In this document: piece after piece, positions 1 to 11,092 of the stretch | How the letters are laid out: every line of letters begins with the position of its first letter | Position numbering within the stretch: position 1 is the stretch's first letter | From: a virus | Taxonomy: Duplodnaviria; Caudoviricetes | Virus record (IMG/VR): IMGVR_UViG_2608642293_000001 | Coordinates: 32,001 to 96,000 of that record | DNA length: 64,000 nt | Reading direction: 5' to 3' (one strand) | The notes under the pieces: model-generated | What the model was told of the DNA's origin: nothing | Seen by the model: the letters and a program-made list of their open reading frames with translations, nothing else | The model's database searches: none | Made by a program: the position numbers and the translations under genes

Positions 1-2
1 AA

Positions 3-104
3 AAGATTCAAGAGCAAAAAAGGCTTAATGAGTTAGAGATAAATAAACAAAGGATGAAAGAATTCGCAAACTTTCATAATAAAAGATTCAGAAGGGAGGG
101 ATAA
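3..104 (+). CDS. 3' end of a probable tail assembly chaperone (partial)
   Basis: Open frame KIQEQKRLNELEINKQRMKEFANFHNKRFRREG* ending just before the tape measure gene. Confidence 0.5.
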   Translation, partial: KIQEQKRLNELEINKQRMKEFANFHNKRFRREG

Positions 105-107
105 TGT

Positions 108-3100
108 TTGGATATAGAAGAATTAAGAGTAAAGCTTGTTGCTTCAGCAGAAGGCTTTGAAACGGTTATTTCTAAAATTAAGCAACAGTTAACAGGATTA
201 AATAAGGAAGTAGATAGAATTAATGAAAAGATTGCAGGAAAAAGAAGTAACAATAAAGATAATAATATCACACCTAAAATTGATTCAAATGATCTAGAAA
301 AACAGTTGGATAATTTAACTAGTAAAGTTAGTTCTAAAACTGATGAAATGGTTAGAAAAATAGAAAGTAAAACACAAGGATTAATGGGAAAATTGGCAGC
401 ACAGGCTGATAAGTTAGCAGATGCTATAGGTAGAGGTGTAGGGAGCATAAGAATTCCAGTAACACGATCTAGTGGAGAAGCTGCACCTAAAACATCTGAT
501 GCAAGAAGAACATCATCACCAAGAGCACCGCCTAAAACAGCAACTATAAATACAGAAGAATTAAAAGCCAATATATCTAATGTTGAAGTTACTCTTGACA
601 ATGTAAATGCGAGAATAGAATTACAGAAAGCTAAGCTTGCAGAACTAAGAGAAGCTTACAGCATGGCCTTTAATCCAAATACTAAGAATAAAATCCAAGA
701 CCAAATGCTAAAGACGGAAGCACTTATAAACAATTTAATAAGTAGATCCAATAAGCTAGGTTTTACACTTGCTGATTTAGATGTAAAACTTGCATCTGTA
801 GGAGGAGGCACTTCAGAAACTGCAAGTAAAATAAACAATTCTTCAAACGCAACAAGTAGATTAGAGAGTGTATCAAAGAAACTTAAAAGTGTATTTGATT
901 CTATTAATAATTCTACTGCAAAGCTTAGTGGAAAATTAAATACTTTTTCTGGTGTTGCAAAAAAAGTTGGAAGTAATATTTCTAATGTGGCTAGTAAAAC
1001 GAAAGGATTATTCAGTGGTTTAAAAAATCTCGGATCAAGTGCTGAAAATTGTAATAAGAAATTTGAGAATATGAATCATGGTTTAAATAATGTTATGAGG
1101 CAGTTCTTTACATGGATGGTTATACTACCAATGCTAATGAAAGGGCTCAGTGAAATGGCATCCTTTTTAGGAAGTGCTCTTATGACTAATAATCAGTTTA
1201 CAACCAGTCTTAACCAAATTAAGAGTAATTTATATGCAGCATTTATGCCAATATATAACGCAATTTTGCCTGCATTAAACTCTCTTATGAGTGCTTTAGG
1301 AACAGCAACAGCATATATAGCAAGTTTCTTTAGTCAATTAGCTGGCACTACCTATGATGCAAGCTTTAAAGCTGCACAGAATCTTCAATCATCTATAGGT
1401 GCATATAACCAACAAGAAAAAGCTGCTAAAAAAGCTGCTAATGCACTAGGTACAGCAGGTAATGCAGCTAAAAAAGCTGGAAGTATGGCTAAGAATGGAT
1501 TGGCAAGCTTTGATGAAATAAATAAGTTAAGTGAAAAGACTCCTACATCCGCCGGAAGTGGAGTTGTTACACCAATAACACCAATGGCCAATATGGCACC
1601 TATTGAGGCTGTAACCGCTGAATGGGTTAAAAAGTTTAAAGACATAATGTCTAAAATATTTGATCCTATGAAAGAAGCTTGGGCCAATGAAGGTAAAGCA
1701 ACTATGGATGCACTCAAATACGCTTTGGGTAGTATTTGGGACTTAGCAAAGGATATAGGAAAGACTTTTTTAGACATTTGGGGCAACGGAACAGGTGTTA
1801 AAGTATGTACTGATATCTTAAAGCTCTTACAGACTATATTTAATATTATTGGAGATATAGCAAAAGCATTTAAAACAGCTTGGGATAACGGAGATTTAGG
1901 AAAGCAAGTCATACAAGCTTTATTTGATGCATTTGATAGTATATTAAGACTTTTAACTACTATAGGTCAAGTATTTAGGGATGTTTGGAACAGCGGTATA
2001 GGTGTAGAAATATGTACTAATATATTAAAAATCTTAAAAAATATCTTCACTATAATAGGTCAAGTTGCAGATTCATTCAATAAAGCGTTCCAATCAGATG
2101 TAGGTAAGAAGTTAGTTGAAGATATACTAGATCTGTTAAATGGCTGCTTAAGATCTATAAAAGATATAACAGAAAGTTTTTCGAAAGCTTGGGAAAGCAA
2201 TGGAGATACTATTTGTAGTGCAATTTTACTAATACTTGATAACATAGTTGGAATTATTTCTGATATAGCTAATAAGTGGGCGAATGCCTGGGAAAGTAAC
2301 GATGCAGGAAATACACTAATGGATAGCTTACTTAGTACTCTCGGAAAGATACTAACCACTATAGGTGATATAGGGCAAGGAATACGAGAAAGTTTAGGTA
2401 AAGTATCAGATGAAATTTTTCCAACAGTAATACAATTCGCTACTGATGTTTCTAATGGATTAGGCAATTTAGCTGATGGGTTTAAATTTATCTGGGATAA
2501 TGGTGGAAAACATTTATTTGATGGAATCTCACAATTAATTGCTAAAGTTGCTGAATTGATCTTAAAGATTAGTGGAAATGCTTTTTCTGACTTTAGCAAT
2601 ATATTTAAGGATCTAGCACCGATAATAGGTAAGGTTGCAGATGTTTTAGGATATCTATTAGATGGACTAGGATATTTAATTGATAAGGTTAGCCAAAACA
2701 AAGCATTGGTTGAAGGTTTAGCAATAGCTTTTGGAGCATGGGTAACTGTAATGACAGGAATGAAACTTAGTAGCCTTATAACAGATAGTGTTACGGCATT
2801 AAACACAAAGTTAGGAAATTTAAAAGATAAATTTTTTAGTTTTGGTAAATCTGAAAAAGACGCCGCTAAATCTGGACAATCAGCTATGGATAAAAATACA
2901 AAGGCGGTTAAAGAAAAAGGAACAGCATTAGAAAAAGCGGCTGCAAAAATTAAAGCATTTGATGCCGAAGCTGCAACAATGGAGAGAGGGGCATTAGCAA
3001 CCGAAAAGAATACTAAATCAGTATTACAGAAAGGGCTTGCGTTAGAAAAATCAGCAGCCAAAATTAAAGGGTTTGAAACTGAAGCTTTAACAATGGAAAA

Positions 3101-4601
3101 GGGTGCACTTGCAACTGAAAAAAGTACAAAGTCAATATTAGAAAAAGGAATGGTATTAGAAGGAACAACAACAAAAGTAACTACCTTAGGAGAAAAAATA
3201 AAATCATTAGGAGAAAAAATAAAATCATTCCCTAATATATTTAAAAACTTTGCGTCAAAAATAGCAAGCTTGCCTATAATTTCAACTATCGCTGAAACAG
3301 CAATGAGCGCATTTGGTATAGCGCTAGGAGCACTAACAAGTCCAGTAGGAATTGCTGTGATTGCAATCGGCGGATTAATAGCAGCGGGAGTAGCATTATA
3401 TGAGAATTGGGATACTGTAAAAGAATATTTAACACCAATTTGGAAGGGGATATGTGATACCGCTAAGGATGCGTGGAATGGACTTGAAAATTTCTTTTCA
3501 CAATGGGGACTAGATGTATTGGCACTTTTTACAGCTGGGCCGCTTGGAGTTATGGCTGTTGAAATTGCAAAACATTGGGATGAAATATACGCCAAAACGA
3601 CTGAAACATGGAATAGAGTTAGTGCATGGCTAGGAATCAATTGGGGAGAAATTAGTCAAAGCGCATCAACTAAATTTGGAGAAGTAAAGACTTATATAGG
3701 CCAAAAGTGGGATGAAGCTAAAACTGATGCAGAGACTAAGTGGGAAAATATTAAAACTACTCTATCAAGCAAGTGGCAATTGATTACAACTGCATCAAAT
3801 AAAACTTGGGATGATATTAAAGACTATGTATCTAAAAAATGGGATGCAGTTAACAAAGATGCGTCTGATGATTGGGAAAGCATTAAGACAACTCTTTCTA
3901 AAAAGTGGGACACCATAACAAAAACATCAAGTGATACATGGGATAATATAAAAAAATATATAAATGACAAATGGACCGAAATAAATACTGATGCACCTGG
4001 ATTATGGGATCAAATCAAAACTACGTTAGCTGGAAAGTGGAATGAAATAGCTACAACGTCTCAAGGAGTTTGGAACGGTATAGTTACTTTCTTAAATACA
4101 ACATTTTCAGGGAGTTGGAGAGATGCATGGAATGGATTGAAAGACATTGTAGGTGAAGCATTTAGTGGCTTAGAAGGTATGGTTAAAAAGCCAATTAATG
4201 CAATAATAGGTTTTGTAAACAAACTAATAGATGCTTTAAATTCAATAAAAATTGATATTCCAGATTGGATGCCAGGTAAGTATGCAGGGAAAAGTTTTAG
4301 CATGGGACTTCAACATGTACCAGCACTTGCAACTGGGGGTATAATAGATAGTCCAACTTTAGCAATGGTAGGTGAAGCAGGTAAAGAAGCTGTAATGCCA
4401 TTAGAGCGAAACACAGGTTGGATTGATGATTTAGCAGGAAAGATTGCAGGTAAAATAGGTGGAAATAATTCTTCAGGGTCAACTCAAAACAGTAGTGGAG
4501 ATGTAATCTTTATGTTGGACAGTGATGTTATTGGAAAGATCGCAATAGATCAGTTAAGGAAAGCACAAAGACAAGGTAAGATTACAGTAATACCAATTTA
4601 A
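108..4601 (+). CDS. Phage tail tape measure protein
   Basis: 1497 aa, Ala/Gly-rich, LASFDEINKL motif, Trp-periodic repeats, C-terminal LATGGII..TLAMVGEAGKEAVMPL motif. Confidence 0.92.
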   Translation: MDIEELRVKLVASAEGFETVISKIKQQLTGLNKEVDRINEKIAGKRSNNKDNNITPKIDSNDLEKQLDNLTSKVSSKTDEMVRKIESKTQGLMGKLAAQADKLADAIGRGVGSIRIPVTRSSGEAAPKTSDARRTSSPRAPPKTATINTEELKANISNVEVTLDNVNARIELQKAKLAELREAYSMAFNPNTKNKIQDQMLKTEALINNLISRSNKLGFTLADLDVKLASVGGGTSETASKINNSSNATSRLESVSKKLKSVFDSINNSTAKLSGKLNTFSGVAKKVGSNISNVASKTKGLFSGLKNLGSSAENCNKKFENMNHGLNNVMRQFFTWMVILPMLMKGLSEMASFLGSALMTNNQFTTSLNQIKSNLYAAFMPIYNAILPALNSLMSALGTATAYIASFFSQLAGTTYDASFKAAQNLQSSIGAYNQQEKAAKKAANALGTAGNAAKKAGSMAKNGLASFDEINKLSEKTPTSAGSGVVTPITPMANMAPIEAVTAEWVKKFKDIMSKIFDPMKEAWANEGKATMDALKYALGSIWDLAKDIGKTFLDIWGNGTGVKVCTDILKLLQTIFNIIGDIAKAFKTAWDNGDLGKQVIQALFDAFDSILRLLTTIGQVFRDVWNSGIGVEICTNILKILKNIFTIIGQVADSFNKAFQSDVGKKLVEDILDLLNGCLRSIKDITESFSKAWESNGDTICSAILLILDNIVGIISDIANKWANAWESNDAGNTLMDSLLSTLGKILTTIGDIGQGIRESLGKVSDEIFPTVIQFATDVSNGLGNLADGFKFIWDNGGKHLFDGISQLIAKVAELILKISGNAFSDFSNIFKDLAPIIGKVADVLGYLLDGLGYLIDKVSQNKALVEGLAIAFGAWVTVMTGMKLSSLITDSVTALNTKLGNLKDKFFSFGKSEKDAAKSGQSAMDKNTKAVKEKGTALEKAAAKIKAFDAEAATMERGALATEKNTKSVLQKGLALEKSAAKIKGFETEALTMEKGALATEKSTKSILEKGMVLEGTTTKVTTLGEKIKSLGEKIKSFPNIFKNFASKIASLPIISTIAETAMSAFGIALGALTSPVGIAVIAIGGLIAAGVALYENWDTVKEYLTPIWKGICDTAKDAWNGLENFFSQWGLDVLALFTAGPLGVMAVEIAKHWDEIYAKTTETWNRVSAWLGINWGEISQSASTKFGEVKTYIGQKWDEAKTDAETKWENIKTTLSSKWQLITTASNKTWDDIKDYVSKKWDAVNKDASDDWESIKTTLSKKWDTITKTSSDTWDNIKKYINDKWTEINTDAPGLWDQIKTTLAGKWNEIATTSQGVWNGIVTFLNTTFSGSWRDAWNGLKDIVGEAFSGLEGMVKKPINAIIGFVNKLIDALNSIKIDIPDWMPGKYAGKSFSMGLQHVPALATGGIIDSPTLAMVGEAGKEAVMPLERNTGWIDDLAGKIAGKIGGNNSSGSTQNSSGDVIFMLDSDVIGKIAIDQLRKAQRQGKITVIPI

Positions 4602-4615
4602 AGGAGTGGTAATTA

Positions 4616-4966
4616 ATGCTTAAAGTTAATGGAGTAGAGATTACTGCTCCTAAGAGTTATCAGCCATCTTTAAATGATATTGATGGTGAAACAAATAGAA
4701 ATGCAAATGGAGAACTAATAAGAGATAGAATCGCAACTAAAAGGAAGTTAGAGATGGAATGGGGGCCATTAAGTCAAGATGAAACATCAACGTTATTAAA
4801 TGCTGTAGATGCTGAATTTTTTGAATGCACATTTCCAGACCCTAAAGATGGTATTATAACAAAAACTATGTATGTAGGAGATAGAACAGCACCTGCATAT
4901 TTATTTGATGAAGACAGCCAAGAAATGAGATGGAAAGGTCTTAAAATGAATTTTATAGAGAAATAG
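4616..4966 (+). CDS. Phage distal tail protein (DUF6711-like)
   Basis: Follows tape measure; RNANGELIRDRIA and TMYVGDRTAP motifs. Confidence 0.75.
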   Translation: MLKVNGVEITAPKSYQPSLNDIDGETNRNANGELIRDRIATKRKLEMEWGPLSQDETSTLLNAVDAEFFECTFPDPKDGIITKTMYVGDRTAPAYLFDEDSQEMRWKGLKMNFIEK

Positions 4967-4979
4967 GAGTGATTAATTT

Positions 4980-5234
4980 ATGCTAAAAACAAATAAGAAT
5001 ATAACAATTACAGGAACATCAATGGTGGGAGAGACACAAGCCTTGTTTATGAGTGCAAGTATTTCTACGGATGGAAGTAATACAGGAAATATTTCTACCT
5101 CAATTACTAATTCTAGCGTTTATACAGCTAATAAAACAGAATGCAGAAAAGATATATCTGATTTTCAAACTATGGTTTATGCGGCACAGGATGAATTAAC
5201 AGCAACTACCGCAGATAATGCAGCAACAGCTTAG
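4980..5234 (+). CDS. Hypothetical phage tail-region protein
   Basis: RBS AGGAG, 84 aa ORF followed by a terminator. Confidence 0.65.
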   Translation: MLKTNKNITITGTSMVGETQALFMSASISTDGSNTGNISTSITNSSVYTANKTECRKDISDFQTMVYAAQDELTATTADNAATA

Positions 5235-5239
5235 TTTAT

Positions 5240-5264
5240 AGCACTCTTTAAAGGGTGCTTTTCT
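5240..5264 (+). terminator. Rho-independent terminator
   Basis: agcactctt-a-aagggtgct followed by T tract. Confidence 0.6.
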
Positions 5265-5293
5265 TATATTAAGATTTGGAAGGATTGATATAA

Positions 5294-5677
5294 ATGAAAA
5301 TTACAAATAGAGAATTACAAAGTAAAGTACAAGTATTAGGTATGTTATCTAATAAACAGCTACCAGTCAAAGTGAGCTACGCTATAGCTAAGAACATTAA
5401 TTCTATTAATAAGGAACTTAAGATCTTTGAAACTGAAAAAATGAAAATTATAAAAGAATATGCTATAAAGGATGAACATGGAGAACCAAAGATTAAGGAT
5501 AACAAATTTGTATTCATAGAGGGGAAGGAAGAAGAATGCGATAAAAAATATAATGAATTGCTTGATATAGAAGTAGATCTTGATGTGAGAGGAATTAATA
5601 TAGACGAATTACTTAATTCTAATGTAAATTTCACACCAGGAGAGCTAATGGAATTAGATTTTATGATATTAGAATAG
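5294..5677 (+). CDS. Hypothetical phage protein (DUF1617-like)
   Basis: LPVKVSYAIAKNI motif common in Firmicutes phage tail regions. Confidence 0.6.
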   Translation: MKITNRELQSKVQVLGMLSNKQLPVKVSYAIAKNINSINKELKIFETEKMKIIKEYAIKDEHGEPKIKDNKFVFIEGKEEECDKKYNELLDIEVDLDVRGINIDELLNSNVNFTPGELMELDFMILE

Positions 5678-5711
5678 CATGAATTAAATCTTAGGGGAAA
5701 GGAGGTTTAAT

Positions 5712-8700
5712 GTGTATAACGTATCTGATAGTTATAAAACGTTTATTAAAAAACCTTCGAGAAGTTTTGAATGTAGAATAACATTAGGAAATAGAGTATT
5801 TAATAATAGCGATATTATACAAATAGTGCCTACAGTTGTACAGGCTAGTGATCGCTTTTCTATAGGGAATACAGTTTCTCAAAGCATTGATATAACATTA
5901 AAAAATGATGGTGCAGCCTACGCAAGTGTAGGTGAAATAAAAGTTGAAATTGGACTTAAGATAAATAATTCTATAGAGTATATTCCATTTGGTACCTTTA
6001 ATATTGATGATGTTAGTAAAACAGATTATACAGTAAAACTTACTTGCTATGATAATATGGTTAAATTTGAAACTGGTTATTTCAGCAAATTAGGGAACAA
6101 TCCAACGCTACAGGAAGTTGTAAATGAATTAGCAACTATTACAGGAGTAGAATTCACTGGAACAGTACAAAACTATACAGTAACTAAATTAGAAGGTTAT
6201 ACATGCAGAGAGGTTTTAGCTTATGTAGCAAGTGTGTGTGGTGGTAATGCATATATAACAAGAGATAATAAATTTACAATAATATATCCACATGAAGTTG
6301 ATTGCACTATTACAGCAGATAATTATTTTTCTACTGGTTATAAGTTAGAAGACCAGGCTTATAAAATTGGAATGATTACATGTCAAAACAAAAGCAATAG
6401 TAATAGCGATAGTTCTGAAAGTGATGATTATGATAGTGTAAATGATAAAAATACAATATCAGTTGGTGCTTTATCTAGTGATACTATGGAACTTACGTTT
6501 GAGAATCCATGGGTAACAGAATCTATTCTTAATGATATCTACAACAAGTTAAAGAACTTTAGCTATCTTGGCTACACTTTAAAGTGGCAAGGGGATTTGT
6601 CTTTAGATGCCTTGGATATTATTACATTAGTAGATAAAAATAATGTAACAAGGAAAGCTCTTGTATTTGCTAATAAGTTAACTTATAATGGTGGACTTAG
6701 TGCAGAAACAAGTGCAAAAGGAGAAACTAAAAATTCAAATTCCTTTAGTGCTAGTGGTTCTACTAATAAGAATATAGAAAGATTATCTGTTAAGCTTTTA
6801 ATAGCAGAAAAGGCAATTATAAATAAAGCTAGTATAGCTGATTTACAAGCTAATTCGGCTAGGATAGATAAACTAGATACCAATGTAGCAACAATAAATA
6901 CAGCTCTTGTTGATTATGCTAATATTTCTAATGCAACAATAGCTGACTTGGTTGCAACTAAGGCAACAGTGTCGGACTTGACTGCGAGCGTAGCAAATAT
7001 AGATAGCGCATTAATAAATAAAGCTAATATTGCAGATTTAACTGCAGCTAATGCAACAATATCAAATTTAAGTGCGGATTTAGCAAACGTTAAGACATTA
7101 ATTAACGGAAATCTTACAAGTGCTAATATTCAATCCCTCGTGTTAACATCTAGTAAAGTGACTGTTGATAATGGATTTATTAAGAATGCCATGATAGAGA
7201 GCTTGGATGCTACTAAAATAAACACTGGTAGTTTAAACACTAGCAAAATAAGTGTAACAAGTTCTGATGGCAGTTTACTTATTGCAGGAGCTACACAACA
7301 GTTTAAAGATAAAAAAGGTAAAGTTAGAATTCAAATGGGGCAGGATGCACAGGGAAATTTTAATTTTATTCTGGTTGCAGGTGATGGAACTACAACTCTT
7401 ATAGATGGAACTGGTGTAAAAGCAAATGCTATAGCAGATAAGCTTATTAAGACTAATATGGTTGCAGATAGTGCTATAGGTGAACAGCAAATAAATTATA
7501 GTAGTTTTGTAACTGGATTTAATAAAACTACAAATACAAGCTATATAAATGCAAGTAAGGTAGCAATTAATCTTACAGGACAGACTTTAGATGTTGCATT
7601 TAATAATATTAATACTAAAGTAGATGGAGTAAAAACAACAACAGATACAAATACAACTTCCATAACAGCCATACAAGGACAGATAAGCACTTTAATATCT
7701 AATACTACAATTACAGCAACAGATGGAACTACAACACAGTTAAAAGATGCTTATAATGGAACAGTTAATACTATAAATTCTATGAAAACAAGTATTGGAG
7801 AACTTACAACAGATATTGATGCTAATACCAAAGATATTACGTCAGTAACTTCAAGAACATCAACACTTGAAACAAATTTAAGTTCTATAAGTGCTACTTT
7901 GAGCAGTACAAAATCTACAGTAGATACTCATACGACTCAAATTTCAACCGCTAATACCAATATTACTACAGCATTAAATAATGCAAGTAGTGCGGTAAGC
8001 ACCGCTAATACTGCAAACACAACAGCTAACAGTGCTAAGACTACAGCAACAACAGCAAGTACAAACGCTAGTAATGCTGTAACAACTGCAAATACAGCCA
8101 GTACTAATGCAAGCAATGCAGTAAGTACAGCCAATAAGGCAAGTACAGATGTTGCAACTTTAACTACTACAGTTACTAATACAGTAAGTAGAGTTTCTAG
8201 TTTGGAATTAACTGCTAGTGGATTAACTACTAGGGTAGGAAATACAGAGACAGCAATATCGACTATGCAAATTGGTGGAAGGAATTTATGGTTAAGAACT
8301 AAAGAATATGATGTAGTGAATGATACTAGATGGGTAGATAATAATGGCGGTTCGAGAATTAGTAGTTATACAGTATCTACATCAATAAATGGTTTTGGAG
8401 TTATTAGAATTGCTACTTGGTGGACAGATTTAAGCCAAAGAGTTACTTTAGAAGCGAATACAAATTATGTGTTGTCAGCATGGATAAAATCAGAATCAGA
8501 TACAGCATTGGCTAGCATTAACGCTTACGTAAATAGTGGTTCAACTGTTATATCGCAGAACTTCACACAAAATCAAGCAATTTCTACAACATGGACTAGA
8601 TATTGTTTTGTATTTAATTCAGGGACCTTAACAACATCAACTTGCAGATTCGAAAGCAGTAATAACAATGCATATTTAATTTATGGACTAAAATTAGAAA

Positions 8701-10856
8701 AAGGTAATAAACCTACCGATTGGACTCCAGCGCCGGAAGATGTGGACAACTCTATTGCATCAGTAAAAGATTATGCAACTCAAACTATTAATAGTAATGT
8801 ATCTACTATTAATCAAACAACAGATTCTATTAAGGCAAGTGTTCAAAGTTTGCAGAGTAGTGTAAGTACAATTAATACTACGCTAGGTAATAAGGCAGAT
8901 AGCAGCACAGTTACAAGCGTTACTAATAGAGTTTCTACGTTAGAAACAGGCGTAAATGGAATTAATGCAAGTATAACAACTTTAAATAGCAATGTATCTA
9001 GTGTTACTACAACGGCTAATGCAGCTAAGAGTGCTATAGATAATTTAAGTATAGGTGGTAGAAATTTAATAAGAAATTCTATAGTTGATACAGATACGTC
9101 CTATTGGTCTATGAGTTTTGGTGTCAGAGATACAAACATTAAATTCAACAATCATAATTCTGTTAAAATAAGGACAACAGGAAGTGGATATGACGGTATA
9201 AAAAGCAATGGGTACACAATACCGTTCAAAGCAAATACAACATATACATTTACTATTTGGGCATATAGAGACAGTAGTTCAAGTGATGGGAATCTAACTA
9301 AAATTCTGAGAGTATATATGCCTGAGTACAAAAGTAGTACTTTAGTAGATTATAGAAATTATATAAATATTACATCTAGTAATTTACCAGATAAGACTTG
9401 GACCAAGTTCACTGGATCATTTACCACTAAAAATGATAGTACCAGTTTTAGTGCACTGCAGATAGATTATAATAACGTTGCTGGTACTTCATGTGTTTGG
9501 ATAAGCGATATTAAGGTAGAAGAAGGAACGGAATCAACTTCATGGACGCCTGCTCCAGAAGATATAGACAGTCAAATTACAACTGTAAATAGTTCTGTTA
9601 GTAGCTTACAAAGTTCTGTTTCTGTACTACAAAATCAAATAGCTTTAAAGGTAGAGCAAAGTAATATAGATAGTGCAGTAAGTACGCTTAATGGTAAAAT
9701 AACAGCACAAAATACTACTATAAGTAGTTTGCAGTCGCAGATTAATGTACAAGCAGGGCAGATAAGTTCTAAAGTAAGTCAAACTGATATTAGTAATGCA
9801 AATTTGTGCGTTAAATCGCAATTCAATACAACATTTTTGAATACCAATATGACTAACGGAGTATCAGGTTATGGATTTAAATTTCCATCAGGAACTAACA
9901 TACCAACAGGATGGATATACAACTTAAATTTAAAACTAAATACAAATTATACAATTTCGTTTGTTGGCTGGTGCACAAGCGGAACAGTAACAATTTATAA
10001 TGATTTATGGCCGGATTCTTTGCCAGAAAAAGGATTTAATTTAACAACAACACCTACAAAATTTACATGGACATTAAATAGCTCCGACTCAAATATGAAA
10101 GCATGTTCAATGAGATTTTTTTATTACAGTTATTCTGGCGGAAATCAAAATATAAGTACAGATGCATATATTACAGATATAAAACTTGAAGAGGGTTCTA
10201 TTTCAACGTCTTGGAATAATTCTATAGGCACAATAATAACCCAATCAACTACAGAAGTTATGACAGCATTTAATAATATATCAAGTTATTTTAAGGTTAA
10301 TAAAGATGGAGCTACTTTTGGAGATACAAGCACAGGGGATTATACTGTATTAGGCGCAAACGGAATGAAACATCATGTAGGAGGTACGGATTATGATTAT
10401 ATGTATATTACTTATGTAATGGATGCTACTATAAACATTATTGAAGAAACTTATACATTTAGTGGACAATATGCCACAAAATATGATAATAGCGACGCCC
10501 ACAAGCACGATTATTTTATCCCGTACGATTCCACTCTTAAAACATTGCTCAATGGCAGAACACCTAAACTAATTATGACAATAAGTTCTAAATCACTAAG
10601 TGATCCAACAAGACCATCTGGTTGGACTGGTACTGGCATAAGTTACACATACGGTTCATTATTTTCTTTTGATACGACATTTAGTTTTGGAACAGATACT
10701 AAACAAATTTGTGATGCCAACGGGATAACAATGAGAGGGATAAATGGAATATATCAAGAAATAGATACTTACGATGCTTACGATTTTATTAAGAATAAAA
10801 CATTTAATATAAAAACTGGAGGAACAGTGGGGGTAAGATTTTTAATATTCGCTTAA
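5712..10856 (+). CDS. Tail fibre / host-specificity protein with carbohydrate-binding-like modules
   Basis: 1714 aa; baseplate-like N-terminus, Thr/Ala/Asn coiled repeats, IGGRNL...KLE.G...WTPAPED modules. Confidence 0.85.
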   Translation: MYNVSDSYKTFIKKPSRSFECRITLGNRVFNNSDIIQIVPTVVQASDRFSIGNTVSQSIDITLKNDGAAYASVGEIKVEIGLKINNSIEYIPFGTFNIDDVSKTDYTVKLTCYDNMVKFETGYFSKLGNNPTLQEVVNELATITGVEFTGTVQNYTVTKLEGYTCREVLAYVASVCGGNAYITRDNKFTIIYPHEVDCTITADNYFSTGYKLEDQAYKIGMITCQNKSNSNSDSSESDDYDSVNDKNTISVGALSSDTMELTFENPWVTESILNDIYNKLKNFSYLGYTLKWQGDLSLDALDIITLVDKNNVTRKALVFANKLTYNGGLSAETSAKGETKNSNSFSASGSTNKNIERLSVKLLIAEKAIINKASIADLQANSARIDKLDTNVATINTALVDYANISNATIADLVATKATVSDLTASVANIDSALINKANIADLTAANATISNLSADLANVKTLINGNLTSANIQSLVLTSSKVTVDNGFIKNAMIESLDATKINTGSLNTSKISVTSSDGSLLIAGATQQFKDKKGKVRIQMGQDAQGNFNFILVAGDGTTTLIDGTGVKANAIADKLIKTNMVADSAIGEQQINYSSFVTGFNKTTNTSYINASKVAINLTGQTLDVAFNNINTKVDGVKTTTDTNTTSITAIQGQISTLISNTTITATDGTTTQLKDAYNGTVNTINSMKTSIGELTTDIDANTKDITSVTSRTSTLETNLSSISATLSSTKSTVDTHTTQISTANTNITTALNNASSAVSTANTANTTANSAKTTATTASTNASNAVTTANTASTNASNAVSTANKASTDVATLTTTVTNTVSRVSSLELTASGLTTRVGNTETAISTMQIGGRNLWLRTKEYDVVNDTRWVDNNGGSRISSYTVSTSINGFGVIRIATWWTDLSQRVTLEANTNYVLSAWIKSESDTALASINAYVNSGSTVISQNFTQNQAISTTWTRYCFVFNSGTLTTSTCRFESSNNNAYLIYGLKLEKGNKPTDWTPAPEDVDNSIASVKDYATQTINSNVSTINQTTDSIKASVQSLQSSVSTINTTLGNKADSSTVTSVTNRVSTLETGVNGINASITTLNSNVSSVTTTANAAKSAIDNLSIGGRNLIRNSIVDTDTSYWSMSFGVRDTNIKFNNHNSVKIRTTGSGYDGIKSNGYTIPFKANTTYTFTIWAYRDSSSSDGNLTKILRVYMPEYKSSTLVDYRNYINITSSNLPDKTWTKFTGSFTTKNDSTSFSALQIDYNNVAGTSCVWISDIKVEEGTESTSWTPAPEDIDSQITTVNSSVSSLQSSVSVLQNQIALKVEQSNIDSAVSTLNGKITAQNTTISSLQSQINVQAGQISSKVSQTDISNANLCVKSQFNTTFLNTNMTNGVSGYGFKFPSGTNIPTGWIYNLNLKLNTNYTISFVGWCTSGTVTIYNDLWPDSLPEKGFNLTTTPTKFTWTLNSSDSNMKACSMRFFYYSYSGGNQNISTDAYITDIKLEEGSISTSWNNSIGTIITQSTTEVMTAFNNISSYFKVNKDGATFGDTSTGDYTVLGANGMKHHVGGTDYDYMYITYVMDATINIIEETYTFSGQYATKYDNSDAHKHDYFIPYDSTLKTLLNGRTPKLIMTISSKSLSDPTRPSGWTGTGISYTYGSLFSFDTTFSFGTDTKQICDANGITMRGINGIYQEIDTYDAYDFIKNKTFNIKTGGTVGVRFLIFA

Positions 10857-10873
10857 ATAAAATATATGTGATT

Positions 10874-10900
10874 AAGAACTTTCATGGAGTTCTTTTTATT
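10874..10900 (+). terminator. Rho-independent terminator
   Basis: aagaacttt-cat-ggagttctt followed by T tract. Confidence 0.6.
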
Positions 10901-11041
10901 TTGTAACTTGAAAAGGTTATTTTTAGAAGTACTATATTTATATTTGTAAAAAATTACTTGATTTTGAATATATAAAAGAATTTGTATCACGATTTTCCTT
11001 GGATTAAATTGGTATAGAAGTTACTATAAATATAGAGAAAA

Positions 11042-11053
11042 GAACGCGCGTTC
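11042..11053. promoter_or_regulatory. Putative LexA (SOS) box
   Basis: GAACGCGCGTTC is a perfect GAAC-N4-GTTC palindrome 40 bp upstream of the 11093 start. Confidence 0.55.
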
Positions 11054-11092
11054 ATTTATTGTTCAAATTATTTAATAAGGGAGAAATGATAA

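Noticed and set aside
74-4482. Long minus-strand ORFs (e.g. 2060..3640, 526 aa)
   Set aside because: Antisense shadows of the tape measure gene; no RBS or recognisable motifs
7930-8160. Short tandem-like repeats as a possible array
   Set aside because: They encode Ala/Ser/Thr/Asn coiled repeats within the tail fibre; no constant repeat with unique spacers
5712-10856. Diversity-generating retroelement acting on the tail fibre
   Set aside because: No reverse transcriptase and no adenine-variant template repeat were seen in the window
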